From a virus (Duplodnaviria; Caudoviricetes): a stretch of DNA of 50,611 bases. Numbering within the stretch: position 1 is the stretch's first letter; every line of letters starts with the position of its first letter. The stretch lies in IMG/VR virus record IMGVR_UViG_3300036466_000252, positions 1 through 50,611 of that record. One strand, given 5' to 3'. Under the pieces are notes generated by a model. It was not told the DNA's origin. It saw nothing but the letters and a program-made list of their open reading frames with translations, and did not search any database. Positions 42,710-50,611 of this stretch are shown here, one piece after another. A program made the position numbers and the translations under genes.

Positions 42710-44295
42710 GCGTCTGCCTCGTCGGGTTCGTTGCCGTTGTCCGGGTCATTGGACGGTAGTTCGTCGCTGTCCGGGTCGGTTACTGCCTGTCCGTTCACGT
42801 CCACGCGCTGCAGGCCAAGCTCGCGCATGTAGTCGTCTTCCGCCGCGCGCTGTTCCAGCATGTCGCGCCAGTCCATTCCGCGTTCCATGGCGACTTCCTG
42901 CAGGGTGGTTTGGTAGCTATCCATTTCCAATTTCTTGGCGGATGCTTCCTTGAGCGGGTCCACATTACCACGACCGTTGCCGATCCATGCGGCGGAGGTA
43001 TAGGCGGCAAAGTTGTCGTAGAAGTCCGGGGCTTCGACTTCACCGCGCTGCACGGCCTCTTCAAGCCACAGCTCGAAACACGGCTGGCACCAATAGCTGG
43101 TGAGCCATGCGCGGCGACCCGAGAAGAAGCGCCATGCTTCCAGCAGGGCAGCCCGGGCGCTGGAATAATTCGTCTTGCTGAAATCCTTCATAATCAGCTC
43201 ATAGGGCAGCCCGTAGCTGACGCCTATTTCGCGCACGATGGTTTCGACGAAATCCTTGTAGACGCCTGACGGGCGGTTCGGGTTGAAGCCCGTCACCTTA
43301 TCGCCCGGGTACAGCGGGATTACCGCGCCGCCCTCGAGGTTCACGTCCCAGCCGTTGCGGTCCTGCATGTAGCGCTTGGCCGCCTTGCCTTCACCCGCAG
43401 CCTCGCCGCCGAACATGTCAAGCAGCTGCTCCGGCCCCATGGGTGACTCGACAAACGCCGCCACCATGCTGCCGACCAGTGCCGACTTCAGCTCGCTGCG
43501 CTGGTACTCGCCCAGCATGCGGAAATTGCCCAGCACGCTGGACATGATCGGCTTGCCGCGTGACTGGCCGGTGCGCTCCTTGTCGTGCAGGTGCAGGACG
43601 CGGCGGCGACCGAAGCGGGTTCGGGCCGGCACGTATTCCCATTCGTCAATGCCAAGGTGCGTGAATGGCACGTCAACCGGGTGGCGCTTGGCGATCCAGT
43701 AGCCCAGCGGCTCCCCGTAGCGGTTCTGCTTGATACCGCTGCGCACGTTGGGGTCAGTAGTCAGTTCGGCCGGCGTGTCCATGCGGTCAGGGTCGACCAG
43801 CTGCAGCGCTGTGCGCCACTTGGCCCCGTTGCGCCGCAGGTAAACCGGCACCGCGAGCGCTTCGCCATTCATCATGCCCGTGCGGAACTGCAGGGCGGTC
43901 AGGCTGGCAAAGTTCATCTGCCGGGCGGCGTCGCATTCGGTGGTGTCCGCCCACGTGCGCCACTTGGCCTCCACGTCGCGTGACCACTCGTCTGCTTGCT
44001 GCTTCGTCCAGCCGAGCACCCGGTGGTTGGGGCGGCTGGACAGCCGGAAGCCGGTGCCCACGACGTTATCAACCAGCGTCTGCACGCTGCCTTGTGCGAT
44101 GCCGTGGTTGCGCACGAGGTCGCGCTGGCGGCCCACAAGCGTTTCCAGCTCGCCCAGCAGGTCAGCATCCGCGGATGCCACGCCGGGCTGCCAGTTGCGC
44201 ATCTCGCGCGACATCATGCTCGCGCCGTGGTGGGCGGAATCATTCAGCGCCATAGGCTGGCCCCGGTGGTCCAATATCTCGACTTTCTGGGCCAT
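42706..44295 (-). CDS. Portal protein (lambda gpB family)
   Basis: 'RDLVRNHG', 'GQSRG', 'NYSSARAALLE', 'VDPLKE'. Confidence 0.95.
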   Translation of the reverse strand: MAQKVEILDHRGQPMALNDSAHHGASMMSREMRNWQPGVASADADLLGELETLVGRQRDLVRNHGIAQGSVQTLVDNVVGTGFRLSSRPNHRVLGWTKQQADEWSRDVEAKWRTWADTTECDAARQMNFASLTALQFRTGMMNGEALAVPVYLRRNGAKWRTALQLVDPDRMDTPAELTTDPNVRSGIKQNRYGEPLGYWIAKRHPVDVPFTHLGIDEWEYVPARTRFGRRRVLHLHDKERTGQSRGKPIMSSVLGNFRMLGEYQRSELKSALVGSMVAAFVESPMGPEQLLDMFGGEAAGEGKAAKRYMQDRNGWDVNLEGGAVIPLYPGDKVTGFNPNRPSGVYKDFVETIVREIGVSYGLPYELIMKDFSKTNYSSARAALLEAWRFFSGRRAWLTSYWCQPCFELWLEEAVQRGEVEAPDFYDNFAAYTSAAWIGNGRGNVDPLKEASAKKLEMDSYQTTLQEVAMERGMDWRDMLEQRAAEDDYMRELGLQRVDVNGQAVTDPDSDELPSNDPDNGNEPDEADA

Positions 44296-44296
44296 G

Positions 44297-44524
44297 TCAG
44301 AACCTCGGGTAGAGTGGCTTTCGGCCGCGCCGGCCTTCAAGGCGGGCTATGTCGGCCTGCAGCTGCGCGATGTACTGCTGCAATCGCGTGTAGCTGGTGG
44401 CCGTGAAGGTCACGCTACGGCCGCTGCCGTGCGTCACCTGTACTTCTTTCTCGCCAAGCATCAGCGCATGCAGGGCTTCATCGGCCTGCACTAGCCGCTG
44501 GCGCAGCGTTTCAAGGTCGGCCAT
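44297..44524 (-). CDS. Head-to-tail joining protein (lambda gpW family)
   Basis: 'ALHALMLG...GRSVTFT...LQQYIAQL'; between TerL and portal. Confidence 0.9.
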   Translation of the reverse strand: MADLETLRQRLVQADEALHALMLGEKEVQVTHGSGRSVTFTATSYTRLQQYIAQLQADIARLEGRRGRKPLYPRF

Positions 44525-44618
44525 GGAATAGGTTTCCTTGGTGGGTTAATTGAATTGTGAATCGTCCCGGGCATTACCGCAACCATGGCAGCGGTAAGCC
44601 CCGGGACTCGTTGGGATT

Positions 44619-46550
44619 TTACAGGTATGCGCTGTCACTTGTGCGGCGTTTCTTTGGCTGCATTGCCGAAAGGCTAAATCCATCGTCTTCGTCGTCGTCA
44701 CTGCTGGCGGCCGGCTTCGTGGCCATGGCCTCAAGCTCCGCGCGACGGTCAGCCCATGCGTCTTCATTCCAGCGGTCAATGCCCACCACGTAGGCCGCTG
44801 CCCGGTTGTAGACGTGGGTATCGAGCGCCTCGTTACGCAGGCGCGTTTGCTCCCACACGTATTTCCGGTATCCCTGCTTATCCACGCGCATGACCAGTTG
44901 TTCGGCAGTCAGCTGCTCGAAATACTCGGCATCGTATTGCGGGAAGTGGCAGTAGCCGTGCGGCACGTCCGCGCTTTCGTCCACTGGCATATCCTGCTTC
45001 AGCCAGCCGTATATTTCAGCCTTGACGTGGTTCGTGCCGATGTTCCATGCCTGCACCCCGCCCTTCACCTTGCGCCCCTTCCGGTTGACGTCCTTGAGGC
45101 GCGGGATGTTGATAACTTGCTGCTGCGTGGCGTTACCCATGACCGGGATGATCGTGCTGCGCGGGTAGCGGCGGCAGAAGTCATAGACCACCTGCGTATT
45201 GAAGCCCGCATCGACGGCCGTTAGCTGAATGCCAAGCTCTGCGCCATTCGCGTGGGTGAACTTCTCCCGCATAAGCGCAGCGAAGGCTTCCCAGCAGCCG
45301 CCCGGCTCATCAAGGGCTGACGTGTCGCCCGGCAGTACCCGGTAATCGACTGACCAATGCTCCATGCCCGGTGCCCACGCCATGACCTCGGCCTCGATGC
45401 GGTCTTTCTGCACGTCCGCCGCCATGGTCAGGATGATGCCGCCGTCTGGCACGGTGCCGATGGTGTAGGTTTCGCGGCGGTCATACAGCCTGCGCCACTC
45501 GGGCGCGTCGCCCTTCTCTGCCCATGTCTCGCCCAGCACGGTGTTCACGAACGCGCGGAGCTTCTCCGGGTTGCCCTGCGCCGCCATGAAGTCATCACGG
45601 GCATCGCTCCAGCTGTACCAGCCCAGCGGGCTGTAAAGGCTGTTCACGTGGAAGCCTACGGTGCCGGGCTTGCGGGCCTTGGCTGTGGCCCTGTATTCGC
45701 CCTTTGCCAGCATGCCGGTCTTCTCGTGCTCGTCTATCAGGACGCCGCATTCCTCGCACATGTACTGGGCGGGCTTGGTGGTGTCGTCCTTGTCATAGAC
45801 CACATTGCCCCAGCGCAAGGGCTGGTAGTGGTTACAGTGCGGGCAGGGCACGTAGTAGTAACGCTTGTCGGACTGCTCGAACCCGGCTTCGATCTTGCTG
45901 CGCCCGTGGAAGGTGGGCGTGCTGACGTAGAACAGCTTCCGGCGCTTGTACGTCCTCGCGCGCGCTCGAGCCAAGTCCAGCGGGTCGCCCTCGCCGTCAA
46001 GGTCGCCCGGGTAGGCGTCCACCTCGTCAAGGAACAGATAGCGGGCCGGCATAGAGCGCAGCCCGGTGGCGCTGTTGGCCCCGGTCAGGATCAGCACGCC
46101 GCCCGGGAAGTCCTTGCTGAATTGACTGTTGCCGCCGTCGCGGCTGCGGGCCGTCGCCACCTTCTCCGCCAGCCGGGGCGTCTCGGTGAGCATGGGGTCG
46201 ATACGGGTGCGCACGTTACGCTTCTGCATGTCCAACGTTGGCTGCACCGCCAGCATGGGGCCGGGGGCATTGTCGATCACGTAGCCGATCCAGTTGTTCC
46301 CGGTTTCAGTCGCGCCGATCTGGGCACCCTTCATGAACCAGACTTCTTGCGTAGGGCTGGTGACGCTCAATTCGTCCATGATCGCGCGCAGATAAGGCGT
46401 GCGGCTGGTCCGCCACTGGCCCGGCTCTGCCGCAGCGCGCTGCGATAACCTGCGGTGCTTATCGGCCCACTCGCTGACCGTCAGGATGGGGTCAGGGCGC
46501 AAGCCGCTGGAAAGCGCATCACCTACCGCTTGCGAGGCTTTCAAAAGCAT
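44619..46550 (-). CDS. terL: Terminase large subunit (lambda gpA family)
   Basis: 'RTPYL', 'KGAQIGATE', 'LFLDEVD', 'STPT', 'AADVQ', 'RNEALD'. Confidence 0.97.
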   Translation of the reverse strand: MLLKASQAVGDALSSGLRPDPILTVSEWADKHRRLSQRAAAEPGQWRTSRTPYLRAIMDELSVTSPTQEVWFMKGAQIGATETGNNWIGYVIDNAPGPMLAVQPTLDMQKRNVRTRIDPMLTETPRLAEKVATARSRDGGNSQFSKDFPGGVLILTGANSATGLRSMPARYLFLDEVDAYPGDLDGEGDPLDLARARARTYKRRKLFYVSTPTFHGRSKIEAGFEQSDKRYYYVPCPHCNHYQPLRWGNVVYDKDDTTKPAQYMCEECGVLIDEHEKTGMLAKGEYRATAKARKPGTVGFHVNSLYSPLGWYSWSDARDDFMAAQGNPEKLRAFVNTVLGETWAEKGDAPEWRRLYDRRETYTIGTVPDGGIILTMAADVQKDRIEAEVMAWAPGMEHWSVDYRVLPGDTSALDEPGGCWEAFAALMREKFTHANGAELGIQLTAVDAGFNTQVVYDFCRRYPRSTIIPVMGNATQQQVINIPRLKDVNRKGRKVKGGVQAWNIGTNHVKAEIYGWLKQDMPVDESADVPHGYCHFPQYDAEYFEQLTAEQLVMRVDKQGYRKYVWEQTRLRNEALDTHVYNRAAAYVVGIDRWNEDAWADRRAELEAMATKPAASSDDDEDDGFSLSAMQPKKRRTSDSAYL

Positions 46551-47139
46551 CAGCTATCTCCTCGAGCGCGTTGGTGATTTCCGTCTGAAGCATGAGCGCC
46601 ACGGCGTGCTGGTCGGTCATGCCCGCCAGCTCGCCCGACAGGCGGTCAGGCAGCTGCCCCAGCCTGTCACGCATGCCACGGGACGCATTGAACAACTCGA
46701 CCCGTAGATCGTCGCGGCGCACCAGCTCGCCGGCCTTTTCTTCGTAGTCCAGCTGCGCCAGCTTGGCCTGATAGGTTTCGCGCACGGTGCGCGCCTTCTG
46801 GTACTGCCCGGCACTGGTGTTGGCTGCGGACTGGTCAAGGCTGGCGGTAGACTCGCCCGCCAGCGCCCCACGCTGGTCATCAACGCCGCCAGTCTTGCCC
46901 CGGGGCGTGCCGATCTTATCCGCGCGCCGCTGGCCCGCTGCATGGTTCTTGCCCTGCATGGTGTTGTCGCGCCAGTGCTTGGCCGCGCGCTCATAATCCA
47001 GAATGACCGGCCGGCCGTTGGTCGGGTGCACCCCCACGCAATCAGCCGGGATGCGCCCGGTATTGATGGCCTTGCGCACGGCTACGCCTGACACGTCCAT
47101 GCGACGCCCCATTTCGCGCAATGAAATACCGTTTTCCAT
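46519..47139 (-). CDS. terS: Terminase small subunit (Nu1-like)
   Basis: N-terminal HTH 'VSGVAVRKAINTGRI' and 'AKLAQLDYEEKAGELV'; overlaps terL. Confidence 0.88.
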   Translation of the reverse strand: MENGISLREMGRRMDVSGVAVRKAINTGRIPADCVGVHPTNGRPVILDYERAAKHWRDNTMQGKNHAAGQRRADKIGTPRGKTGGVDDQRGALAGESTASLDQSAANTSAGQYQKARTVRETYQAKLAQLDYEEKAGELVRRDDLRVELFNASRGMRDRLGQLPDRLSGELAGMTDQHAVALMLQTEITNALEEIADAFESLASGR

Positions 47140-47175
47140 CGTATCGCCCTATGGCTGCGGCTGTGCTACCTTACG

Positions 47176-47194
47176 CATTACACATGACGTAATG
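47176..47194. promoter_or_regulatory. Palindromic operator CATTAC-N7-GTAATG between terS and a divergent gene
   Basis: Perfect arms of the genome-wide consensus. Confidence 0.7.
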
Positions 47195-47205
47195 AGGACA
47201 GCCGC

Positions 47206-47433
47206 ATGCCCGTGAAAAAAATTGACACCCTGCGGGACTACATGAGCGCCGGCCAGTGGCATGAAGCCATCAAGCTGGCGGCCAAGTTCCCGCGCCTTGG
47301 CGAGCACAAAGTCGCCATCACCCGGGCCAAGGATGCCATCGTCAACCCGGGGTTCTGCAGGCAGCTGGGCCGCGACCCTGACGCGCTCATCGTCGCCGGG
47401 ATCGCGGCCCTGCAGGACCGTTATTCTTCTTGA
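47206..47433 (+). CDS. Small hypothetical protein, opposite strand within the late region
   Basis: GAGGA RBS; plausible 75-aa helical protein filling the terS-MTase gap. Confidence 0.7.
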   Translation: MPVKKIDTLRDYMSAGQWHEAIKLAAKFPRLGEHKVAITRAKDAIVNPGFCRQLGRDPDALIVAGIAALQDRYSS

Positions 47434-49661
47434 TCCTCGACGCCATCGACCGCGCCAAACTCGACGGGGCCGATGGCCTGCGTTGCCAGCTTCGCATCGC
47501 CCTTGACAAAAACGAGAATATTCTGATGGGTCTTGCCCATCTTGCGCCCGGCCTCGAACTGCTTGCCTGCACGTAGCGGCAGCGTCCCGGCCGGGGTCAC
47601 CAGAATTGCCTCGTTGTAGTAATGCAGGCCAGCCGCCCGGAAGGCCTCAACCGTGTCGCCCACGAAGTTGTAATAATGCCCCCGCTTATCCCTGACGTCG
47701 CCCACCACAAAGCACGCGAAACGGTTGTCTTTCAGCAAAGTGCACGTTTCGCGGATTATCTCGAAATATGCGTCCTTGAATTCCTCATATCCCAGCGTTG
47801 ACAGGTCGTTCGGGTCGTCGCTGTACACCTCAAGGTCAGCATACGGGGGGCAGCTGAATACCATGTCACCTTCGACGCCTGTTAGCGTTTGGGTAATGAA
47901 ACGGCTATCGGCATTGTGCCATGTCGGCTCGCCCACCGGGGCCGCAACCACCTCGCTGGCCCGGATGCCCACCACCCACAGCAGATCGCCATCCTGCAGG
48001 TGCGGCAGGCACTTCGCCTCATAGATCGGGTCAAGCCGCAGCCCGTGCAGGTCGGTCACCGGGGCGCTGTCGTGGTAGTCCAGTCCGCTTTCCACCAGCG
48101 TGACCATATCGCGCCAGTCAGCCGGGGCGTACTCGTCAAGCCTGCCCACGGGGTCAGCGCCCACCCGGACACCCACCACGGGCACATCAAGCCCGCGCTG
48201 CTTGAGGCCGTGCAGGATGCCCGCCAGTGACATGCCGCTGCCCACCGGGACCACGATGCGCTCAATGTCGTCTGGCAGGTTGGCCACCTGACCGGCAGTC
48301 GCGTGGATGGCAGCGTGGCACTCCATGCCAAATGGGATTTCCCGCCAGCCAGTCTCGGCAGCGTCTTCCCGGGCACGGGCGATGATGACGTTGTTGTAAC
48401 CGGCTTTGTGCTGGACCACCTCAGCGCCGGCCGCTTGGGCCATGCGCACCTCTGGCGACAGTTCGCCCTGCGGGGTGTGGACCCGGCACGGGATGCCCAG
48501 CTTGCGGGCCACCTGCGCCACGATGTTGACTTGCGGGCTTGACCGGCTGCCGGCAGTCACAAGCCCTTGCGCGCCCTGCGCCAGCGTCCAGCAAGTGCGG
48601 ACCTTGCCGCCGCGACCACCGCCCACACAGAACGCATCGTCGCGCTTGACGCGGTACGGGCCGCGATCCTCAACCGGGGTCAGGTCCGGCGTGTTGTCGT
48701 CCGCGAAGTCAGGCAGCGGGATTTCGATGCCGGACTTGTCGCGCATTTCCGCCCACTGCAGCCGGTTGGCCTCGACTTGTTCGGCGCGCAGCTCGCTGCC
48801 GTGGTAGTTGCGCCCCAGCTTGGCCGCCACAACGCCCCGGACACTGCCGCCAGCGAACGGGTCGATAATCGTGCCGCCCAGCGGGCAGAACCAGCGGTAG
48901 GCCAGCTCGGTCATTACCGGGTCAAAGACACTGCCGCCCTCGGCGTTACCCCGGCCGCTGAAATACTCGTACTTGCCTTCGCTGCTGTTGACCGTGGGCG
49001 TTGCCAGTCCGTCACGCCCCAGCTCGCTGCGGATACCCAGCGCCATCCATCCGCGCTTGCGCGCCTGCCACCAGCCATCACGGGCAGACAGGACGGTAAA
49101 CGGCGGCACGCCGAAGCGGTCACGCAGCGCCCCGACCTGCTTGGCCTGTTGCGGCTCTTCGTCGTCTTCGTCGTCTTCGTCTTCGTCGTGGTCACGGTCG
49201 CCCGGCGCGCCCTCGTTGTCGTCCAGTTCGCCCAGCAGGCCATCCAATTCGTCAGCGTCGAAGCCGGTCAGGTCAAGGTCAAAGCCGCTGGACTCGAGCG
49301 CCGCCAGCTCGCTGGCCAGCATTTCTTCATCCCAGCCGCCCAGCTCCGCCAGCTTGTTATTAGCCAGCACGTATGCCCGGCGCTGGTCTTCGGTCATGTG
49401 GGTGAGGGGCACCACCGGCACCTCGTCCATATTCAAGCGCTGCGCCGCCATCAGGCGGCCGTGCCCGGCAATGATTTCGCCGCTGGCCTCGTCCACCAGA
49501 ATCGGATTATTGAAACCCATTTCGGTGATGCTGGCGGCGATCTTCGCCACCTGCACCGCGTCATGGGTCTTCGCGTTGCGGGCGTAGGGCATGAGCCGCT
49601 CAAGCGGCCAGTGTTCAATCTTGTTGGCCATCTGCGGCCGGAATGTGCGGGGTGCGTTCAT
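47421..49661 (-). CDS. ParB/Srx - DNA amino-methyltransferase fusion with an inserted fold-type-II PLP-dependent domain
   Basis: ParB 'PYARNAKTH...GFNNPILVD...IIAGHGRL'; MTase motif I 'IIDPFAGGS' and motif IV 'FSCPPY'; between them PLP motifs 'TPV...VKRDD...GGKVR' and 'VPVGSGMS'. Confidence 0.85.
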   Translation of the reverse strand: MNAPRTFRPQMANKIEHWPLERLMPYARNAKTHDAVQVAKIAASITEMGFNNPILVDEASGEIIAGHGRLMAAQRLNMDEVPVVPLTHMTEDQRRAYVLANNKLAELGGWDEEMLASELAALESSGFDLDLTGFDADELDGLLGELDDNEGAPGDRDHDEDEDDEDDEEPQQAKQVGALRDRFGVPPFTVLSARDGWWQARKRGWMALGIRSELGRDGLATPTVNSSEGKYEYFSGRGNAEGGSVFDPVMTELAYRWFCPLGGTIIDPFAGGSVRGVVAAKLGRNYHGSELRAEQVEANRLQWAEMRDKSGIEIPLPDFADDNTPDLTPVEDRGPYRVKRDDAFCVGGGRGGKVRTCWTLAQGAQGLVTAGSRSSPQVNIVAQVARKLGIPCRVHTPQGELSPEVRMAQAAGAEVVQHKAGYNNVIIARAREDAAETGWREIPFGMECHAAIHATAGQVANLPDDIERIVVPVGSGMSLAGILHGLKQRGLDVPVVGVRVGADPVGRLDEYAPADWRDMVTLVESGLDYHDSAPVTDLHGLRLDPIYEAKCLPHLQDGDLLWVVGIRASEVVAAPVGEPTWHNADSRFITQTLTGVEGDMVFSCPPYADLEVYSDDPNDLSTLGYEEFKDAYFEIIRETCTLLKDNRFACFVVGDVRDKRGHYYNFVGDTVEAFRAAGLHYYNEAILVTPAGTLPLRAGKQFEAGRKMGKTHQNILVFVKGDAKLATQAIGPVEFGAVDGVEDQEE

Positions 49662-49684
49662 GCGGTCGGGTGTCCGTGGTTGTG

Positions 49685-50380
49685 TTATCGGGTGGTGGCG
49701 TTGGCCAGCATGGCGTGTAGGCGGTCGCCGGCTTCCAGTGCGCCGCCTATGCGGTCCAGATCGGCAATCATGCCAGTGCTTGCCGGTTGATCGCGCAGCG
49801 CTTCCATCTGCTGCCGGGCGGCAGACATGGCGAAGGCCAGCAGGGTGTTCGTGTCAGCCAGCATTGTGCGGGCTGTGGCGCGCGACAGGACTGCGGCTGT
49901 CTCCGGGTCAGCGGCGACGCCTGACGGGTGGCGGTTGTCCGGGGTTTGACTGGCCGGCACCTTGCGCGGCGTCCAGCCAGTGCACTCGGCCTGCACTGGC
50001 TTGGGGCGGGGCTTGGGCTTGGCAATGACCGGCTCCGGGGCTGGCGACTCGCACAGGCCCGCATTATCGCTGGGCTGCGCAAGCTCGGAACCCGGCTTCG
50101 TTTCCGGGGCGTCAGCGCCCAGCGCGTAACCCATCATGACGGCCGCCAGCTGTCCATCGGTGGTCAGCCCAAACCGCAGGCCGTACTTCGAGTGGTAGAC
50201 GTGCACGAGGTCGGTCTGGGCGGATGCCATCTGTCGCAGGCGTAGGCCAAGCCAACGGCGGCCGCCACCGCTGTCCTCGTCAATCTCATGGGCAATGTTC
50301 GCCAGACTTGCATCACGGCCGTTGCCCTTAACCAATACTTTGCAAAGCCCGTGAAAGATGCGCTCGTGTTCGCCGGTCAT
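49685..50380 (-). CDS. Putative winged-helix protein, first gene after cos (start may be 50461)
   Basis: 'SLANIAHEI...LRLRQMAS...FGLTTDG' pattern and Pro-rich linker. Confidence 0.6.
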   Translation of the reverse strand: MTGEHERIFHGLCKVLVKGNGRDASLANIAHEIDEDSGGGRRWLGLRLRQMASAQTDLVHVYHSKYGLRFGLTTDGQLAAVMMGYALGADAPETKPGSELAQPSDNAGLCESPAPEPVIAKPKPRPKPVQAECTGWTPRKVPASQTPDNRHPSGVAADPETAAVLSRATARTMLADTNTLLAFAMSAARQQMEALRDQPASTGMIADLDRIGGALEAGDRLHAMLANATTR

Positions 50381-50599
50381 GTGGTTTGCCTTTTGGGTGG
50401 TTACCAATGCCGCAGCCCGCGCGGTTGCGGGGGTGCCGTGGTTTGCAAACCATTCTCCCATAGGTTGCCAAGTTAGCGAAACAAGCGTGCCGGGATTTTT
50501 CGGGCGGTTTATTGGGAAAACTGATAAGCGCCCGGTGATTCATAAGCCGGGCGGATTACGCAAACCCAATATCTGGCCAGACGCTGGCGCTAGCCCGGG

Positions 50600-50611
50600 G
50601 CTTCAATTACC
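50600..50611. repeat. 12-bp terminal direct repeat GCTTCAATTACC (copy 2), putative cosN
   Basis: Identical to 1-12. Confidence 0.85.

Larger units (their letters stand above)
1..50611. mobile_element. Complete tailed dsDNA bacteriophage genome (lambda-type head and cos packaging, P2-type contractile tail; myovirus morphotype predicted)
   Basis: Full set of packaging, head, tail, lysis and replication genes, no host housekeeping genes, and identical 12-bp termini. Confidence 0.95.

Noticed and set aside
47960-48693. The insert in the methyltransferase as an intein or homing endonuclease
   Set aside because: There is no N-terminal Cys/Ser splice block and no LAGLIDADG or HNH motif. The nearby 'HN' is followed by Ala and belongs to the MTase W-x-x-x-DS segment. 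The insert has PLP-enzyme motifs instead.
49260-49661. The ParB domain as evidence of a plasmid-prophage partition system
   Set aside because: It is only the N-terminal ParB/Srx domain fused to an MTase beside terminase, with no ParA and no ParB HTH or dimerisation region.

Overview
The window is best read as a complete ~50.6-kb, GC-rich tailed dsDNA phage genome opened at its cohesive end. The 12-mer GCTTCAATTACC occurs at both termini (1-12 and 50600-50611) in a lambda cosQ/cosN-like context. The minus strand carries a lambda-type packaging and head module (TerS, TerL/gpA, gpW, portal, S49 protease/scaffold, decoration protein, gpE-type capsid). It continues with a P2-type contractile tail (sheath, tube, frameshifted chaperone, tape measure, X, D, V, U, W, J, I, fibre, chaperone) and a GH108 lysis cassette. 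The centre holds a divergent replication/recombination module: primase-helicase, SF2 helicase and Cro-like HTH on one side; RecE-like exonuclease, Sak4-like ATPase, MazG-like protein, SSB and VRR-NUC on the other. The left ~13 kb is accessory. I found no integrase, CI-type repressor, DNA polymerase or CRISPR array. Highlights: (1) a 746-aa ParB-methyltransferase next to terminase whose MTase is split by an apparently intact fold-type-II PLP enzyme, a candidate for uncharacterised DNA-modification chemistry; (2) a CAU-anticodon tRNA with a long class-II variable arm and TilS-type determinants; (3) a 19-bp palindromic operator YATTRC-N7-GYAATR at nine intergenic sites, four of them inside a repeated ~80-bp terminator-promoter cassette; (4) an ectopic SGNH-esterase tailspike module; (5) a candidate structured ncRNA. 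All protein calls come from motif recognition and synteny by eye; no database searches were run.
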